Notes: generated by a model not told the origin, from the letters alone. DNA of 63,176 nt, filler included, from Octopus bimaculoides (GCF_001194135.2; 3 parts of 3 records of this genome joined end to end with filler, not necessarily neighbours in it), one strand, 5' to 3'; counted from the whole stretch's first letter, positions 26,111-39,120 are shown. Made by a program: numbers and translations.

Positions 26111-26732
26111 TTATAAGTGGATAGGTGGGTATTACAGGATTGAAAAGTATAATAGGGTAGTTGCGTAAGTATGTAGTCATATGGTTATCTCGGTGAGGAT
26201 AGATAGATGAGTTGGCGTATGGGAATGTAAGTAGATATATAGATGGATGGGACAGGTGCGTAGATATACAGGTGGGAAGGCAAGTGGGTAAAAGGGTGGG
26301 TAGATAAGTGTTGTGTACCAGCACTTCGCTATGTCTATTTCGTTATAAGTTGTTGTTTGATCTCAGGTCAACCCTGATTGATTAAACTTATAACCAAAGG
26401 CATTCCAGCCGTGATCATCTCATCTGTCTAAAGTGTGTAGGGCGATATTATCTAATGCACCCTTTCCTTATTCAAGACGATAACACGTTTTTTTTTAAGG
26501 GATATTTGGCTCCTATTTCTGATCAACTATTGTATTCTGATATAGTGCATCTAGGACAACAAGTTAATTGTGTCCTATTTTTAAGATGGTAGAATCTGGT
26601 TGGTATTTCAAGCTGATCGTGTGACCATGTAGAGGGAACGTTGTGATGTGTATGAATTTCCAATAAAATATACATAAACAAACAGTTAGACTGAGCAACG
26701 TTGCCAAATTGTACATAGACAGACAGACAGAC

Positions 26733-26811
<79 letters not shown>

Positions 26812-27049
26812 CGGGCAGATAGATAAGTTACTATGGAACAGCATCAAGCACTAGATCATACATAACGTAGTTCAGTTGCCAACTCTGTCTTCAATTTTCC
26901 TNNNNNNNNNNNNNNNNNNNNNNNNNNNNNNNNNNNNNNNNNNNNNNNNNNNNNNNNNNNNNNNNNNNNNNNNNNNNNNNNNNNNNNNNNNNNNNNNNNN
27001 NTGTATGTATGTATGTATGTATGCATGTATGTATGTATGTATTTTCTCT

Positions 27050-27422
27050 TTTTTCTCTTGCCTGTTTCAGTCATTAGACTGCGGCCATACTGGGGCACCG
27101 CCTTGAATTTTTAGTCGAATGAATCGACCCCAGTACTTATTTTTAAAACCTGGCGTTTATTCCGTCGGTCTCTTTTGCCGAACCGCTAGTTACGGGGACG
27201 TAAACACACCAACACCGGTTATCAAGCGGTGATGGGGGCACAAACACACACATAGACACATAGGTATATATACATAAATGTACGATGGGCTTCTTTCAGT
27301 ATCCGTCTACCAAATCCCCTCACAAGGCTTTGGTCGGCCTGAAACTATAACAGAAGACACTTAGCCAAGGTGCCATGCCGTGGGACTGAACCTGGAACCT
27401 GTGGTTGGGAAGAAAACTTCTT
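27050..27422 (-). mobile_element. SINE family A, near full length
   Basis: Colinear with 1215-1645: cagtcattagactgcggccat...ctcttttgccgaaccgctagttacggggacgtaaacacacc...cacaaggctttggtcggcc...ccaaggtgccatg. Confidence 0.78.
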
Positions 27423-29634
27423 NNNNNNNNNNNNNNNNNNNNNNNNNNNNNNNNNNNNNNNNNNNNNNNNNNNNNNNNNNNNNNNNNNNNTATATATATA
27501 TATATATATCGATTTAAATAAGAGCTAAAATCTGATCCATTGTAAAGACTTTATTATGACCTATGATCATTTCGATGAAATATCCAGATCGATTCATGCA
27601 TATTATAAAATATGGGATATTGCATAGACGCTCCTGTACTTGCTAAAGTAATAATCAGAGAATCATTACAATGATGTTCATAGATTAGAACGTAATCTAG
27701 AATATACTATACAAGAAGAGGAATGGTTCGTTTGTTTGACCGCAATCATAGCGTAACGCGATAGGTAGGACTACATTCATGTTAATGTGGTTTTGTGTTT
27801 CTTGCTTCTAACTTTAAATGGTATTGTGGTCGTCATTATTTTTCAGCACGTGGAATTAAATTATATGGCATTTATATACTCCCTGAACAATTCTCTTGCT
27901 TCTAAAAAAACTGACTAAAGTATCTGATTTAAAGTGTGATCTATTGAATGCCGTCAGCAAAAATTTGTTTGTGAACTGAGATTTTCCATTGCTGTTACAT
28001 TGCTTGCTAACGAAAATAAGATTTTCCTCAAAACATGTAAACTGATTTGCTGAAATTAATTCTTCATGTCGTAAACTTATCTTCCCTCTACTTTGAGACT
28101 CATTAGTAATTACCGCTGTTTTTTGTTTTCTTTCTCTAATTAGGAAGGACTTTTAATTAAGAATTCTGCGTATGTCATTCAGTATATCACCACCTACTTA
28201 TTTATCTAAATTTGTGTCATTAGGTCACTTGAGTTATTTCCCTTAATTCTTTCCTTTTCTTTTTTTTAAGTAATACAATATCTGCTTCTTAATATTTTTA
28301 TATTGTTTAATTCCGGATCAGTTGTATTAAACAGAAATGTGATTTAAATGCATGCCAACCGTCACCATCCCGTCTATATGAACGGACACATTGGATGTAT
28401 CCTTTTTTAAGATGGTAGAAAGTGATTTAAGAGAAGATTGACTGAACTTTCTAGCAGGTCTACTGATTGTATACAGTCTTTCTCATTTCCTTGTTATTGT
28501 TTTTGCTGTTTAGTTTCAGGTCTGACCTAATCGAATATGATAAAAGATATTCGAGCCTTGACCATACCATCTTTTTTCCTTATGTACAGCGACCCTAAAA
28601 CCACATTATAATTCCATGTGTTCTTCCATAAGACGGTAGAATGTAATATGAAGGAAATCCGATTACTGTTTCTAGCATGTCGAGAGACCAGGTACATATT
28701 TCCTCGATGTCTCGTCATTCTCTTTTCATCCATGAATACACATATCAATGGCAATATATTTGCTTTGGAACGAGTGATAGTATTTATATATGAACTTCTG
28801 CCTGTACTACTTTATACCCCTTCATTGGTTTTCAGCCGTGAAGTAAGGCCATGCTGGGGCAAGTCTTTTCTCAGTGATTAATATCAGTTTGAATACAATA
28901 CAGAACACATGTATCTTAAAATTAAGTGTCACTGGAAGCAGACGCACTTAGTTTAAAAAATACCATGTGTTTTATATTCATAACTGTAGTATCAGACACT
29001 TTTATTGCAGTCAGTATCAGCCTCGGGAGAGAGGGGAGAGAGAGAGAGTAATGAAACAAGAACATATCAGAGAACGCTGGTTTGAACAGTGAGAATACAG
29101 ACGACAATGGCTGACAAACGTCCACACAAAGCAAATTGCAGCCGGCAGTCATCAGTCAGAGTGAGAAAGAGAGACAAAAAGAGAGAGAGAAAGAGAGAAA
29201 GTTAGTGAGCACAAGAGAGGGGCGGAAAAGAAGGTGTCGCGACAATTAAATATTCGACAATTTAAGCCTCCATTACTGTGTTAACGATATTTTCGGGTTT
29301 TGAGTTATGGCGGGTGGGATGATGGGGTAAGCGATTTAAAGAACTGAAAACTGGCAATGGAGTCGTAAATGTAACAAGCGACAACAAATTTGGGTGGAGT
29401 TTTCGAGACAGTTCTACACTTTTAATTCTGTCTCTCTCCCACACTCTCTCTTTCCCTTTCTCACTAAATTTCTCTCGCTCTCACTCTTTTTTTATAGTTA
29501 TATATTTATTAATTTAGTTGTTTGTTTTTACAACGTCTGACAATCGCGGAAAGGATTTATACGCTTAAGGCGTAGAGCTGTGGTAGAGAAAGATGCTAGT
29601 TACACGGCTTCTGAAACATCAAAAGTCCTCAGAG

Positions 29635-29692
<58 letters not shown>

Positions 29693-30141
29693 AAAGACAG
29701 AAACAGAGACAAGGAGAGAAAGAAACAGGGAGGGAGGGAGAGAAAAATGTAGAGCGGGAAATGGGGGAGTAAGAGGTATAGGAGAGAAAGAAAAGCCCTG
29801 AGATTCATTCAGTATAGCGAGGTGGGGTGAGTTGGTCTGTCATTGTTTGGAAGCAAACAATGCTTTAAATAAAGAAGTTATGGTTGTCGATAGTGTGAAT
29901 ATTATTTTGGTCAAGTTTGATTAATGTTCCAGACGCTTCCCCCAACTATTTCGGAAGCTTTACCAGTGTATGGCCTCCGTTGTTGAATTGTCATTCAAAC
30001 AATATTACTCACAGAAAAACTCACTGAATCAGACGACGAGCTGACATTTATGAGACAAAGCTTCGAAATCATGACCGTTTCTTTCTCACACATTTTAGAT
30101 AATAAACAATCAGCTAAATATTTGAAAATCCTTTGTTATTA

Positions 30142-30215
<74 letters not shown>

Positions 30216-30899
30216 CGCCATCATCATCAACATCATCATCGTCGCTGTTGTATTTTCTTTTATTGACTGTTAATCTAATCACACTAAATTTTAATTATAA
30301 GGTCAACAACCTCGCCTTGAAGCTAAATATTATTTTATGATGCATTACACCAACTCTCACATTGATTTTTTTTTTAAAATAGACCTTCCTTTTAAAAATG
30401 GCTTAAAGACATTCTCGTAAATACAGTACCCAGAATTTTATTATTACATTTTTATAAGGGTCGAGCAAGAAGTAACTCGTTATAAATCTGCATAAGGGAT
30501 TTAATTTCGATTCTTAGTAAAAACCAGTTCCCTTCTATTATTTTATTTATTTTTTTCTTTCCCATAATTTATTGTCTTAACTTGCAAAATGACAGAGTGT
30601 CGTTAACCCTTTTCAGGATCTCCGTGACAAGTAGATGAAATGAGGAAATTATCTTCAGAAAAGAGGCTTGGTCTAAATGTGTGCAACAGAGTGAACTAAA
30701 ATAATAATAATAATAAAAGCTACCCATTATCCAGGCCATGGTGTTTAGTAAGAAGACAATCCTAACGACGGAGTTCAACACAATTTTAATCTGTCAAATT
30801 TCGATAACAATGTCGGCTGGCTGGCTGGCTCTAGATTATGCTCTGATTTTTTCTGGTATGATGCCTGCTTTTCCTCCAAGCTTCTGTTTAGGTAGGCCA

Positions 30900-31120
30900 G
30901 CCCACCCTCCTTTGGGTCCATGAGACAGTTGTATTCTCAAAGTACTTGCACAGTAGTTCTCCAACTCTGAAGATGTTGCTCTGATTTTTAAGTACGCAAG
31001 GAATGTACTCATTTCTTTCTTTACTGTTCAGCAGGTGTTGTCTGAGTGATACAATGCGACATTCAAAAGCTGTTTGGACTGACCTTATACCTCTTCCGCC
31101 ATCACTTCGTCTCGCATAAA
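30900..31120 (-). mobile_element. Dong/R4-like LINE post-RT fragment
   Basis: YARRSDGGRGIRSVQTAFECRIVSLRQHL matches the LYxxRxxGGRGL motif of R4-clade elements. Confidence 0.7.
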
Positions 31121-31330
31121 TGTATGAATGTATGTATGTATTTATATATGTATGTATGTATATATGTACGTACGTATGTATAGATGTATGTATGTATGAA
31201 TATATATATGTATGCATGTATGTATGGATGGATACATAAATTCTACATACATTCACATACCTTAATACGTATACACATTTCAATATGGATATGTAAAGAC
31301 ATATATACATATATATACATATATATATAT

Positions 31331-31381
<51 letters not shown>

Positions 31382-32457
31382 CACGCACACATACACGCAC
31401 GCACACACTCCAACACACACACACACACACACACATAAACACACGTTTATATACATTCGTTAAGACAAATTACAAAACAACGGCAGCACGTACATACACC
31501 TCATACACGAACACAAATGCGCGCACGCGCGCACACACACATACACACACACACACACAAACAGAGTTTATCCAAATTCGTGCGCTATTCAGTATTGCGA
31601 AAGAAACTTTCAGTTTCATATAAAAGAATTCTTTCACCTTCCGNNNNNNNNNNNNNNNNNNNNNNNNNNNNNNNNNNNNNNNNNNNNNNNNNNNNNNNNN
31701 NNNNNNNNNNNNNNNNNNNNNNNNNNNNNNNNNNNNNNNNNNNNNNNNNNNNNNNNNNNNNNNNNNNNNNNNNNNNNNNNNNNNNNNNNNNNNNNNNNNN
31801 NNNNNNNNNNNNNNNNNNNNNNNNNNNNNNNNNNNNNNNNNNNNNNNNNNNNNNNNNNNNNNNNNNNNNNNNNNNNNNNNNNNNNNNNNNNNNNNNNNNN
31901 NNNNNNNNNNNNNNNNNNNNNNNNNNNNNNNNNNNNNNNNNNNNNNNNNNNNNNNNNNNNNNNNNNNNNNNNNNNNNNNNNNNNNNNNNNNNNNNNNNNN
32001 NNNNNNNNNNNNNNNNNNNNNNNNNNNNNNNNNNNNNNNNNNNNNNNNNNNNNNNNNNNNNNNNNNNNNNNNNNNNNNNNNNNNNNNNNNNNNNNNNNNN
32101 NNNNNNNNNNNNNNNNNNNNNNNNNNNNNNNNNNNNNNNNNNNNNNNNNNNNNNNNNNNNNNNNNNNNNNNNNNNNNNNNNNNNNNNNNNNNNNNNNNNN
32201 NNNNNNNNNNNNNNNNNNNNNNNNNNNNNNNNNNNNNNNNNNNNNNNNNNNNNNNNNNNNNNNNNNNNNNNNNNNNNNNNNNNNNNNNNNNNNNNNNNNN
32301 NNNNNNNNNNNNNNNNNNNNNNNNNNNNNNNNNNNNNNNNNNNNNNNNNNNNNNNNNNNNNNNNNNNNNNNNNNNNNNNNNNNNNNNNNNNNNNNNNNNN
32401 NNNNNNNNNNNNNNNNNNNNNNNNNNNNNNNNNNNNNNNNNNNNNNNNNNNNNNNNA

Positions 32458-32650
32458 CATGTTAGGATCCACAATGAGCAGAACTTACCTGCAGGTATTG
32501 GTAGTACAAATCAGAGATGCAATCTGTGTGGGTGTTTTTTCAAAACATTGTCTGGTTTAAAAAGCCATATCAGACGCCATGAAAGGGCTAAGGTGTAGGT
32601 GCAGGAGGTGGTCAAGCTCTATGTAAGGAGTAGACAACCACCACCATGTA
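32458..32650 (+). mobile_element. 3' end of RTE-like LINE with C-terminal C2H2 zinc finger
   Basis: HVRIHNEQNLPAGIGSTNQRCNLCGCFFKTLSGLKSHIRRHERAKV* (32458-32598), then a short 3' UTR ending in accaccacc and (ATGT)n. Lacks TGEKP linkers. Confidence 0.55.
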
Positions 32651-32868
32651 TGTATGTATATATATAGTTGTAATCCTTTATGTCGGATTGTTAAAACGCC
32701 CACTCCGGTATAGCAGCATAGTTAGTTAGAAAAGTAAGACCACGACTATCTATGACCGTCTACTTCGGACTCTGTCCTGATACTGACCGACGTCGCCTTA
32801 TTAATAGCGACTAGCACACACCACTCATCACGCGGGAGGGGTGTACTATTATTACTATTATCCCCATA

Positions 32869-32959
<91 letters not shown>

Positions 32960-33819
32960 NNNNNNNNNNNNNNNNNNNNNNNNNNNNNNNNNNNNNNNNN
33001 NNNNNNNNNNNNNNNNNNNNNNNNNNNNNNNNNNNNNNNNNNNNNNNNNNNNNNNNNNNNNNNNNNNNNNNNNNNNNNNNNNNNNNNNNNNNNNNNNNNN
33101 NNNNNNNNNNNNNNNNNNNNNNNNNNNNNNNNNNNNNNNNNNNNNNNNNNNNNNNNNNNNNNNNNNNNNNNNNNNNNNNNNNNNNNNNNNNNNNNNNNNN
33201 NNNNNNNNNNNNNNNNNNNNNNNNNNNNNNNNNNNNNNNNNNNNNNNNNNNNNNNNNNNNNNNNNNNNNNNNNNNNNNNNNNNNNNNNNNNNNNNNNNNN
33301 NNNNNNNNNNNNNNNNNNNNNNNNNNNNNNNNNNNNNNNNNNNNNNNNNNNNNNNNNNNNNNNNNNNNNNNNNNNNNNNNNNNNNNNNNNNNNNNNNNNN
33401 NNNNNNNNNNNNNNNNNNNNNNNNNNNNNNNNNNNNNNNNNNNNNNNNNNNNNNNNNNNNNNNNNNNNNNNNNNNNNNNNNNNNNNNNNNNNNNNNNNNN
33501 NNNNNNNNNNNNNNNNNNNNNNNNNNNNNNNNNNNNNNNNNNNNNNNNNNNNNNNNNNNNNNNNNNNNNNNNNNNNNNNNNNNNNNNNNNNNNNNNNNNN
33601 NNNNNNNNNNNNNNNNNNNNNNNNNNNNNNNNNNNNNNNNNNNNNNNNNNNNNNNNNNNNNNNNNNNNNNNNNNNNNNNNNNNNNNNNNNNNNNNNNNNN
33701 NNNNNNNNNNNNNNNNNNNNNNNNNNNNNNNNNNNNNNNNNNNNNNNNNNNNNNNNNNNNNNNNNNNNNNNNNNNNNNNNTGTGTGTGTGTGTGTGTGTA
33801 TCTATGTATGTATATATTT

Positions 33820-33985
33820 AAGACAGACTTCATTCGGTTTCGGTCTTCCACCTCCACTCACAGGGCTTTGGTCGGCCCCGAGGCAATACTAGAAGACACT
33901 TGCTCAAGGTGCCATGCAGTAGGACTGAACCAGAAACCATGTAATTGGGAGGCAAGCTTCTCACCACACAGCTGCACCTGCGCCT
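33820..33985 (-). mobile_element. SINE family A (5' part)
   Basis: ccactcacagggctttggtcggccccgaggcaatactagaagacacttgctcaaggtgccatgcagtaggactgaacc...cttctcaccacacagc. Confidence 0.75.
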
Positions 33986-34189
33986 ATAAAGAAACTTCCA
34001 TTATAATATATCCATTTTTCTGAAAGTTACGATGAGACAAAGTCGGTAGGGGAGTACAAGGTAGACTAGGTATGCCTATGTTACCTGAAGCAAAAACCTT
34101 ATAACCGCCACTTGATCCCCTTTTATCATAGGTTCGCTTAACCAATGTTGTCATAGGCTAAACAACAATATTAATAAGAACTTCAAGGC

Positions 34190-34400
34190 AGCGAATTGGC
34201 GGAATCGTTAGCACGCCGATCAAAAATGCGCTGGGGCATTTCGTCCGTCTTTACGTTCTGATTTCAAATGCCGCCTGGGTCGACTTTACCTTTCATCCTC
34301 TCAGAGTCGATAAAGCAAATATGAGTTGAGCACTGTGGTCGATATAATCGACTTGGCCCCCTTCCCTGAAGTTGCTGACTTTGTACCAAAACTTGAAACC
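34190..34400 (+). mobile_element. SINE family B
   Basis: aggcagcgaattggcggaatcgttagcacgcc...gtcgactttacctttcatcctctcagagtcgataaa. Confidence 0.7.
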
Positions 34401-34963
34401 AATATCAATGACAACCTCACTATCGTCATCGTCGTTGTTGTCATCATCAACATCATCGCCATGTTTCGACCACTTTACCCTGGCTTATATCGGTTGGGTA
34501 GTCTTCTCCAGCAAAGTTCCTCGCCAGTTGTAGCCATATCCTTCTTAAGAGAGTCATTATTCAGAGTTTAAATTTCACTCCATCTTCCAGTACCTCTCTT
34601 CACCTTTCTTCACCCCACTTTGATCAAACATTTACATGGAGAGAGTAAATTTTCGTACCTGACTATACGTTATTACGATATGATCTACAATATTTTTATT
34701 TAAAATATTTTAAAACTTGCTCTTCTTTCCGCTGATAGATAGACATATATATATTGACATCTTCATAGTGAGTGATCGTAAGAAGGAGTCATAAACGTAG
34801 GAAGGAGTCATGAAGGAGTCACAGTGAGTGATCGGAGGAAGGAACCATGTCTCTCTATACGTATAAATACCTAAATTCATACGTATATATATGGAGTAGG
34901 CACGTAAATGTGCAACAATGTGGAAAAAAGAGTACTCAAATACCAGAGGTAGAGTAATATGCT

Positions 34964-35111
34964 TTATTTAAAAGCAGCAGAAATATAACAAAAGACTGTT
35001 ACTCTGAGTTTCACGTTCCCGTTCATCGGACAGTTTTGTTAGAATTGGGAAAGGAATAACGTGAAACTCAGAGTAACAGTCTTTTGTTATATTTCTGCTG
35101 CTTTTAAATAA
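34964..35111. repeat. Perfect 54-bp inverted repeat with 40-nt spacer
   Basis: 34964-35017 is the exact reverse complement of 35058-35111; the right arm runs into a gap. Confidence 0.9.
34995..35034 (-). ncRNA. Type I hammerhead ribozyme motif, U4->C core variant
   Basis: Minus strand ACUGU-CCGAUGA-ACG GGAA CGU-GAA-ACU CAG AGU-A-ACAGU: 5-bp helix I, 3-bp helix II, 3-bp near-palindromic helix III, GUA triplet. Confidence 0.6.
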
Positions 35112-35639
35112 NNNNNNNNNNNNNNNNNNNNNNNNNNNNNNNNNNNNNNNNNNNNNNNNNNNNNNNNNNNNNNNNNNNNNNNNNNNNNNNNNNNNNNNNN
35201 NTATATATATATATATATATATGTATATGTATACCAACTTACATGCATATACATAAATGTGAGTGAATTATATTTATATCTATGCGCGCTCGCGTGTGTG
35301 CATGTATGTATATACACATATTCTTCCTCATATACATACACGTTTATATCTGTACATTATACACACACACACACATCCACACACATATATATATTGATGT
35401 GTATACAGATGAGATCATGAGATAAACGTACGTGTGTATTGGGTGTATCACTTTGTTTACATACATTCCTCTCGTAACAGCAACGACAACAACACCCCTC
35501 ACACACACGCACACACACACACTAGCACACACACATATACTGTAGTTAGCATTATGAAACAATCTTTCAGTTTCAAAGAGATTGCTTTCCATTTCGTTTC
35601 AGACAAGTGACAAGTCTTCGTCGAGTGCAATAATATTAC

Positions 35640-35714
35640 TTTCTGCTTCGTGACGACAAAAGCGACGACGGATACGGCTGCGACTGCGACAGCGGCGGCG
35701 ATTGCAATCCACAT
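35640..35714 (-). CDS. Candidate first coding exon with signal peptide/anchor of an unidentified minus-strand gene
   Basis: MWIAIAAAVAVAAVSVVAFVVTKQK followed by AAA|gtaata donor, in unique CpG-rich sequence downstream of a CCAAT box. No downstream exons identified. Confidence 0.3.
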
Positions 35715-35859
35715 CTCTTTTCCGTCCCAGACTATCGCTAGTTTTTCTCGATCAGCTAGTATTTCATCTTTCTCAGAATGTTTTACTGCGGTCGGCGGCG
35801 AGATGAATCGCTACTGCCTCTAGCCGTCGAATGCCCATCATTGTCATGACCAAACAAGG

Positions 35860-35935
35860 TCGAAATCATGTGATTGGTGGTCTCGGCACCGGAGATGGCA
35901 GGGATCTATCTCCCTGCTAGCGATATAAACAAGAG
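35860..35935. promoter_or_regulatory. Putative promoter: E-box, CCAAT box, hairpin, TATA-like box
   Basis: CATGTG 35867-35872 abutting ATTGG 35873-35877; inverted repeat GCAGGGA/TCCCTGC 35898-35917; TATAAA 35924-35929; CpG-rich unique island about 35600-35945. Confidence 0.3.
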
Positions 35936-36882
35936 CGCATTTTGCACCGCAACATAGTTTGTTCAATTAGAACATCCACATTTAAGTGGAGATACTTCCT
36001 CTAGTATATTACTGGTATTGCATAGTTATTCAATCACGAATACGTCCTCATGCATTTATGTCTCCTGTTATTAAGTTCGTATTATAAAAAATAAATCCCA
36101 GCGCAGTTCGCTGGTTTGTTCATCACTGCCATTTATTTTGTGGTTGATATGTTTCTAGCCCTAGGTCGGCCTTTATCCAACAGTCTTATGAGCAAGTCGG
36201 GTCCAAACTACAATCTGACTTATCACTGTGTAACAAAATTTTTATTTATTTATTTATGTATTTATTTTGTCTTTAGTCAGTAAGTGTTATTTCTTATTTG
36301 CTTCTATCTACAAATCAAAGGAAATGACTACTATTCCCTTCAAACTTTGCTTTTTGTGACCTGGACATCAATGCTTTGAAACTGACCTATTTTCCATTAC
36401 ATTTCAGACAGATTCAGCACTGAGTTGTTGAAGCAGAAATATTATTATAGCAAATATTCTGCTCAATACCACAGATTTACTTATTGGCTGACAATATGTG
36501 CATTTCTGATCATGAGCAGGAGTAGTGGGGGAGCATCATAGCCATGTGTTGAGAGGAATTCTTTGGGGCTTGTATAAATGTAACAAAGATAAAGTTTGAA
36601 GGAAATATTAGCTATTTTTCATAATTTCTAGGAGTAAGCAAAACAGTTGCTCCCCAAGGACAAAAATCATGTTACACAGTGTAAACAGAAACGGAGAAGT
36701 AAGACATGCACTTAAATTTGCATGTGTGGCTGTCAATTTGAGAAAGGAATATGTACATCTTTATATCACAGCTAAGGTCAACATGAAGACACTACAACAT
36801 TAGTGTTTATGACTGAGGAATATTTTTTTTTCTACAGATCAAGTAGCGAACTATCATGAAATGGAAAGGTAGGGATACAGAG

Positions 36883-36942
<60 letters not shown>

Positions 36943-38097
36943 CAGAACAAAGGAAGGTGGGTAAAGAGGATCGAAACATATCGTTTCTTAGGTCACAAAG
37001 TGCCCTTCCTTCTATGAGATTGCATTATGTGATTTGAGGGAGATTTCACAGGTGTTTGAGGTAAGTCAGGTGACCGCTCTGCTCTGGAAATCCCTGGTTG
37101 ATACCATGTGATTGAGTGATGTGGCCAGAAGAAAAACAGTTGTTTTCCTATCTTATCTTCGTTGCTTTATCTCTGTGGCATAACCATAGAGTTGAACCAA
37201 ACTCACCGATTCCTTTGAGGTTCTCGAGAAACGTGATATCTTCATATTTTTTGTGAATAATAAATCATTCAATTAATGAAATGTTGATTAAGATAAGATC
37301 GATCAAAGAATGTATTAAAACCACGTGTGTGTTCATAAATGGACAGACCATAACGAAGGACAATATATCAATCTGTTGTTGTTGTTGTTGTTGTTGTTGT
37401 TTAACACAGCACCAGCGCTGGGGGATGTAACAAAGTATCGGCTGTCCACAACCTGCGGATTAAGGTAACACGCTTCATTCAGATTTCCAGAACTTTGAGA
37501 ATTCGTACGATTCCAAGCAACGCTATTCCATGAGATGCTCATTGCCCCCTAACTTTTCAATCCAGTTTGTAATCTCTGTACTTATAGTTCTCAGGCCTCC
37601 AAAAACAACATGTACGACGCTCACCTTCTTCAGTGATCACAGTTCAATCTCCCACATCAAATCACCATATTTTGACTGCTTCTCCTCTTCTCACTCCGAT
37701 ACTTTGTTATCACCAGAGCATGCAATATTTATTAAACAGGTTTTTTTCCTCTTTATTCACAACTACTATATCAAGCTTTCTATGTTCAATTTCACGATAA
37801 CATTGGATCATTACTTTCTATAGTATCGTTATCTTGTCATTCTCGACTACTCCTGAGGTTTGCCCGTTTTAAATTTTTGTTCTGTCCTTGCCAGACGTCA
37901 CCCAAATAAATCATTCTTGCGTCTTTATCGTGTTTGCTTTCGTATTCTTTTTGGGCCAGCTTCGTGCATTCATTCACAATATGCCATACAGTCTCATCTT
38001 CATCACCACAAGCCTGCACTTATCACTTTCTGCTGTATTGATATAATTTGTCCTAAGTGCATGCTCACGCACAAAACAGATAAGCAGTTCTGTCTCT

Positions 38098-38445
38098 ACA
38101 GTTCTATATTTAAGAGATGAGGAATTATGTACATTATTTACATTATTTACATTTGACGGATATTTGTCCTCATCTTGTTTGTTGTTAACACAACGTTTCA
38201 GCTGATATACCTTCCAGCCTTCTTCAGGTGTCTTGGGGAAATTTCGAACCTGGGTTCTCATTCCTAACGTATTTTTCGATGTTATTATCATTATCATTAT
38301 TATTGTTCTTGTTGTTCTTGTTGTTGTTAGTGTTCTTGTTCTTGTTGTTGTTCTTGTTGTTGTTCTTGTTATTCTTCTTGTTCTTGTTCTTGTTGTTTTT
38401 CGTGTTGTTGTTATTGTTGTTGTTGTTCTTGTTCTTGTTCTTGTT
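38098..38445 (-). mobile_element. Headless copy of the hammerhead-containing element nested in a Dong/R4 LINE
   Basis: 38098-38283 is near-identical to the 41476-41644 and 41756-41892 modules, followed by a (GTT/CTT)n linker. It interrupts the LINE reading between ...CGLKGRL and TVETELL.... Confidence 0.7.
38187..38232 (-). ncRNA. Minimal type I hammerhead ribozyme motif (same family as the 41.5-41.8 kb copies)
   Basis: Minus strand GACAC-CUGAAGA-A-GGCUG(GAAGGUAUAU)CAGCU-GAA-ACGU-U-GUGUU: intact core, extra A after A9, 5-bp helix II, palindromic ACGU, GUU triplet. Confidence 0.65.
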
Positions 38446-38965
38446 CGGGTAGTTGTGGCAACCTACCCTTTAAACCACACTTTACTCTCTTTTTCTTTGT
38501 ATTTCTCTGTTTCCACGCAAATATCTGTCCTGTCTATATACGTATTATTCTCACCTACACCATCAAAGGTTCTATTGTACACTTGATACAACACCCCAAG
38601 TTATTTTCTTCTGAGCAAATACAACTTTCACAGCCAATCAGTCCTCGTCCATATTTATGCCTCGTTAGATACAGCCACAACTTATCAATATCGTCCTTGG
38701 GGTGGACTGCTCCGTGCATTGTGAATAGTTTTCTCGATTTTTGTCCAGCCTCTGTGACTCCTCTTTCCTCTAATTGATTATACACGAACCATACCTCAAT
38801 AATGAGACCGATCGTGTATTGATGGCTTAAAACTGGTTTCCTCCATTCAGTTTTTACCGTAGCACCAGTCTAAGTCTTTGGAAGTATTCTTGCCCAATGA
38901 GTCCTTAATTAGTTTTTAAAAGAAAGTTCGAAACTTATATAATAATTAGTGAAATAACTTAAACA

Positions 38966-39008
38966 TTCAGGGACATGTTTCTGAGTCATTGCTCGTCATC
39001 AGCCTGAA
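38966..39008 (-). ncRNA. Minimal type I hammerhead ribozyme with canonical core
   Basis: Minus strand UUCAGG-CUGAUGA-C GAG(CAAUGA)CUC A-GAA-ACAUGU-C-CCUGAA: 6-bp helix I, palindromic ACAUGU helix III, GUC cleavage triplet. Confidence 0.75.
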
Positions 39009-39120
39009 GTAGCCGACCAGCTGGCTGAAAAAGCATGTCTAGCTTTCACAAATATACATATTTTCAGTGAAAACACATTCATTGGTTACAAAATTAGAAA
39101 TGATCTAATTATAAATCTCA

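Larger units (their letters stand above)
37375..38915 (-). mobile_element. Dong/R4-like LINE 3' 1.2 kb, pseudogenised and interrupted by a 350-bp insertion
   Basis: EYFQRLRLVLR*KLNGGN, RKLFTMHGAVHPKDDID..LYLTRHKYGRGLIG, EHALRTNYI, CCHC finger (CRL..ETVWHIVNECTKLAQKEY..KHD), REL remnant and (AAC)n tail. Confidence 0.85.

Noticed and set aside
27848-27906. Terminal exon RGIKLYGIYILPEQFSCF* resembling a vWA beta strand
   Set aside because: Similarity too short, and an alternative frame is equally open.
32458-32598. C2H2 zinc finger as a member of the cephalopod ZNF expansion
   Set aside because: Single terminal finger without TGEKP linkers, followed by a retroelement-like 3' UTR and repeat tail; better explained as an RTE LINE C-terminus.
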